From the IMG/VR virus record IMGVR_UViG_3300004094_000049: a DNA stretch of 64,000 nucleotides. One strand, 5' to 3'. Made by a program: the position numbers and the translations under genes. A model generated the notes under the pieces. That model was not told the origin of the DNA. It ran no database searches and saw only the letters and a program-made list of their open reading frames with translations. This document shows positions 60,987-64,000 of the stretch, in pieces; position 1 is the first letter of the stretch; each line of letters begins with the position of its first letter. The stretch comes from a virus.

Positions 60987-62285
60987 TTATTTATTCTTAA
61001 ATTCAATCAAGTAACGGATGTTTGCTTGTTTTGTATTATACACAATCATCTCGTTATTTATAACTCCTGATTTACCTGCAACGGCAAAAGTCGAGTCGTA
61101 TCTAGGTTTTGGAAAATCTTCATAACTACTTTGAGGAATGTAAGGAGATCCCATAGCTACATCGCATAAGAACATGTAACACGTATCATCTTTTGAACCG
61201 CCATCCCAATAGCCATACGAGTAGTTTAGTGACTTACTTCCCTGGTCTGAAAAGTACAAACCATCACCGAACATTCGGCCAGTTACGTGTCCTGAGCGAG
61301 ATGGCGGAATAATGAGGCCATTCTTTAGAATTGATAAGATGTTACCTGCACGAGTACCATGCCATAAACGCATAACGTTCTCGATGTGACGGCCTGATTT
61401 ATCGAAGTCATTATTCATTCCATCGACGGTCACTTCAAAGATTCGATTCACTTCTAAATTGCTTGAAGCATGGTAAGACTTACGAGTATTGTTGTAGAAA
61501 CCTTTAATGAATTCTTCAACTTCTGGATTATCCATCAGAGTCAGTTCGCAATTGAAGATTTCAGGAATTTCTAAGTCTTTTTCGGCTTGTTTTTCCTTTG
61601 CTTCGCGGAATTCTTCAATGTGCTCCAAAGATGATTCTAGGTCATCTAGGATTGCGTTTTGCTTATGCACTGCCTCTTCATCTGGAATGACTTTTTTCAC
61701 TGACAATCGAGAGCCGACTTTTTGAGGAATGAGCATAAGATAACTAGCAAGAGCCTCTTTTACTTTGTCGCTCGTGAAATCGCTATTTTTAACAATGCAA
61801 TCAGATAGTGTTGTCAAAAGATCTCGCGCTTCATGAATGCTTTTCAGAGATACAACGCCCATTGGAGTCATAAATAAGCCAGTATCTTCATCGTATGTGA
61901 TGTCTGTTTGAGACGTGATGCTGTGGATATTTAATTGAATCAGTTTTTCGATGATTCCTTCAACATCTTTACGATTACCCTTTGTTCGAATTTGATCTTT
62001 TGCTGCTTGTTCAACAACTTTTCGCTCATTAACTTTTACGGTTCCATTTGATTCAACAACATCCAGAACTTTATAGCCCTTTCTCTCTTTTTCACGCTGT
62101 TTCGTCGCAACAAATCGAAGCGCTGCTTGCTCTGAGCCAAAAGACTTTGGTCGTTGTTGCTGGCCTTTAGAGCCTACACGGCCATTTGTTACATGGACAT
62201 TGAAGCTATCATCTACTTCAGCCTTCCAGAATTTGTTATTGTTTCCGTCTACATTAGACATTACTAGCGTGATCGTATGAAGCAT
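60987..62285 (-). CDS. WGR-domain poly/mono(ADP-ribose) polymerase (PARP-like)
   Basis: WGR-like N-term (NNNKFW...NGRVG), helical linker, LWHGT / GLYFS...KSLNY / NNEMIVY giving an H-Y-E triad. Confidence 0.9.
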   Translation of the reverse strand: MLHTITLVMSNVDGNNNKFWKAEVDDSFNVHVTNGRVGSKGQQQRPKSFGSEQAALRFVATKQREKERKGYKVLDVVESNGTVKVNERKVVEQAAKDQIRTKGNRKDVEGIIEKLIQLNIHSITSQTDITYDEDTGLFMTPMGVVSLKSIHEARDLLTTLSDCIVKNSDFTSDKVKEALASYLMLIPQKVGSRLSVKKVIPDEEAVHKQNAILDDLESSLEHIEEFREAKEKQAEKDLEIPEIFNCELTLMDNPEVEEFIKGFYNNTRKSYHASSNLEVNRIFEVTVDGMNNDFDKSGRHIENVMRLWHGTRAGNILSILKNGLIIPPSRSGHVTGRMFGDGLYFSDQGSKSLNYSYGYWDGGSKDDTCYMFLCDVAMGSPYIPQSSYEDFPKPRYDSTFAVAGKSGVINNEMIVYNTKQANIRYLIEFKNK

Positions 62286-62476
62286 TATTCACCTTATTAT
62301 TCATTATTATTAATTGAACATTTTTGTTGGAATTATTATACTGAAAATGTATAGATTTTCAAGTGATTGATTTGCCTTTTAGGGTAAGCAGTCTCTTATG
62401 TTGTAATCATTTATTATCCGATATAGAATGTGGATAAAAGCAACAATATAAAAATAATAATAAGGCATTTTTAGCA

Positions 62477-62848
62477 ATGATAAAAACTATCCCTCTTGCA
62501 GCAATCGCAGTTTCTGCGGCGGCTGTGTCACAAACTGCTTCCGCAGGAGTAAAAATCGAGCTTCGTGAAGATAAGGCATCAGATCAAGTCGCTGATATTA
62601 TGAAGTCTTTTGAAAATCTCGATATGAACAACGCTCAAGCCATTACTAATAGTAAAGATGCAATTTTGAGTGCATTTGAAGAAAATGGTACTGTTTTAGG
62701 TATTGATGTTACCGCCATTAACGCTTCTATTGATGACGAAATGCAAGAGCTAATTATGGCTGGTGATATGGCTAAAGCAGGCTGCTGCCACTCGAATTGT
62801 CACTCCAATTGTCATTCCAACTGCCATTCATCAAGAAGCTGGCGATAA
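62477..62848 (+). CDS. secreted precursor with C-terminal Cys/His-rich CHSN repeats
   Basis: Signal peptide, acidic leader, GCCHSNCHSNCHSNCHSSRSWR. Confidence 0.8.
   Translation: MIKTIPLAAIAVSAAAVSQTASAGVKIELREDKASDQVADIMKSFENLDMNNAQAITNSKDAILSAFEENGTVLGIDVTAINASIDDEMQELIMAGDMAKAGCCHSNCHSNCHSNCHSSRSWR
62786..62833 (+). repeat. four 12-bp repeats encoding CHSN/CHSS
   Basis: TGCCACTCGAAT TGTCACTCCAAT TGTCATTCCAAC TGCCATTCATCA. Confidence 0.85.
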
Positions 62849-62850
62849 CA

Positions 62851-62880
62851 AAAAACACGCTCAAATGAGCGTGTTTTTTT
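62851..62880. terminator. bidirectional terminator
   Basis: AAAAACACGCTC-AAAT-GAGCGTGTTTTTTT. Confidence 0.85.
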
Positions 62881-64000
62881 AAAATCCCAAAGCACCTGAT
62901 AAGAATTTCTGAGCTGTTGATTTTGGCTTTTTCACTTCTTTCTTAATTTTAGCCTCTACGATCTCTTTTCCCTTAACCGAAAGCTCTGATATTCGCTCTA
63001 CCCAGCTATCTGGTAAATCTGATACTGGAATATTCTTGTCTCCAAGGTACTTTATAAAGCCCTTGCCAAACATTTCTGTGGATGAATATTTAACGCCTTT
63101 GTAAACAAAGCTGCCCCCTGTGATCCTAGCTGTAGCTGTCACATTGATTATCGGAGTGATGCCTTGTTTCTCCAATGCCTCAACGTAGTCTAGAATGCTT
63201 GAGTCTAAATGTCTTGAGAGTGCATGAATGAGTTCTTGAGCGCGTTTCTTATCTGAAATTGGCTTCTTTTCTTGCTCTATTTCAACGAACTTTTCTTTTG
63301 ATAGCTCTACATACTCTGAGATCACATCTGGCATTTTAAAGAATGAAAGATCTGAGTTCTTACGCTCAATCGCAGTAATCGAACACACCTTAGTAAACTC
63401 CACCGCGCCTGGGTCGAATTTGATATCGTCAACACGTACATTTCTTTCAAGGCTCAGGGTGGATAACGAGCGAACGCGACTAAGGGCCACATAACCTTGG
63501 CCTGCACTAAATGTTTTATTGCCAAAGTCTACATGCGCATGATCAAGCGTTTGTCCCTGCGCCTTATGGATGGTGAGTGCGTAAGCGAGTTTTAGTGGTA
63601 TTTGTACATATGACCCAGCCTCACTCTTCTCAATAATATTTTCCCTAGTGACCTTGTCTATGACAGAGTTAAACTTAAATGACTGCCATTCGAACGGAAC
63701 CACTCTAACTGTCACTCCGCGATCCAGCTCTACTTTGACTTCCTTTACCCCTTTTGTCATCGTGATTTCAAGAACAGTGCCAATATCTCCATTTACATAC
63801 TCGCCACCATTAGCGCATACAATCACACGAGCGCCTATTTTTAATTCAACCTGGTCTGGTACTGGCATTTTATCAGCCGTAAACTCTCCAACAGTTCTGC
63901 CTTTGAATGTCGTAGAGTCACCCTTCAATTCTCTGAACTTTTGTTCATTAATTTCATTAACTTTGTCATTCGTGGTACACAATCTCAAGCTATCCGATGT
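62879..64000 (-). CDS. Pif1/RecD-like SF1B helicase, C-terminal part (open at window end)
   Basis: CTTNDKVNEIN, LKIGARVI, YVNGDIG, QIPLKLAYALTIHKAQGQTL, GQGYVALSRV. Confidence 0.9.
   Translation of the reverse strand, partial: TSDSLRLCTTNDKVNEINEQKFRELKGDSTTFKGRTVGEFTADKMPVPDQVELKIGARVIVCANGGEYVNGDIGTVLEITMTKGVKEVKVELDRGVTVRVVPFEWQSFKFNSVIDKVTRENIIEKSEAGSYVQIPLKLAYALTIHKAQGQTLDHAHVDFGNKTFSAGQGYVALSRVRSLSTLSLERNVRVDDIKFDPGAVEFTKVCSITAIERKNSDLSFFKMPDVISEYVELSKEKFVEIEQEKKPISDKKRAQELIHALSRHLDSSILDYVEALEKQGITPIINVTATARITGGSFVYKGVKYSSTEMFGKGFIKYLGDKNIPVSDLPDSWVERISELSVKGKEIVEAKIKKEVKKPKSTAQKFLSGALGF

Noticed and set aside
62786-62833. CHSN repeats as a CRISPR array or His-Xaa-Ser (HxsA) peptide
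   Set aside because: No spacers, the repeats are coding, and the period is 4 residues rather than 3
1-64000. tRNA, rRNA, CRISPR arrays, IS transposases, phage structural genes
   Set aside because: None recognisable by eye; tRNAscan-SE and HMM searches would be needed to exclude them formally

Overview
AT-rich, gene-dense window with no phage structural genes, rRNA, tRNA or CRISPR array. It most plausibly comes from a very large plasmid or accessory replicon of a gammaproteobacterium, possibly marine (inference). The evidence is an E. coli-type nrdAB-yfaE operon with host NrdR boxes, a DksA homolog, a FlrA/FleQ-like activator, outer-membrane beta-barrels, a type IV pilin, an IcmO/DotL-like remnant, a tyrosine recombinase, a Dam-like methylase and UvrD- and Pif1-like helicases. 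Four observations stand out. (1) A dispersed ADP-ribosylation/NAD circuit: a WGR-PARP writer, a SLOG-macro fusion, two ADP-ribosylglycohydrolases, and an NrtR-type repressor whose 21-bp GT-N7-AC boxes lie on its own promoter and on a nicotinamidase promoter. (2) A 17-bp site, TTAGATAACGGTCTAGT, found four times in the same orientation, all intergenic, within 17 kb around the tyrosine recombinase. (3) A pilin followed by two paralogous repeat/fibrinogen-like adhesin candidates with variable tips. (4) An orphan secreted precursor ending in (CHSN)n repeats. Family assignments come from motifs recognised by eye; no searches were run.
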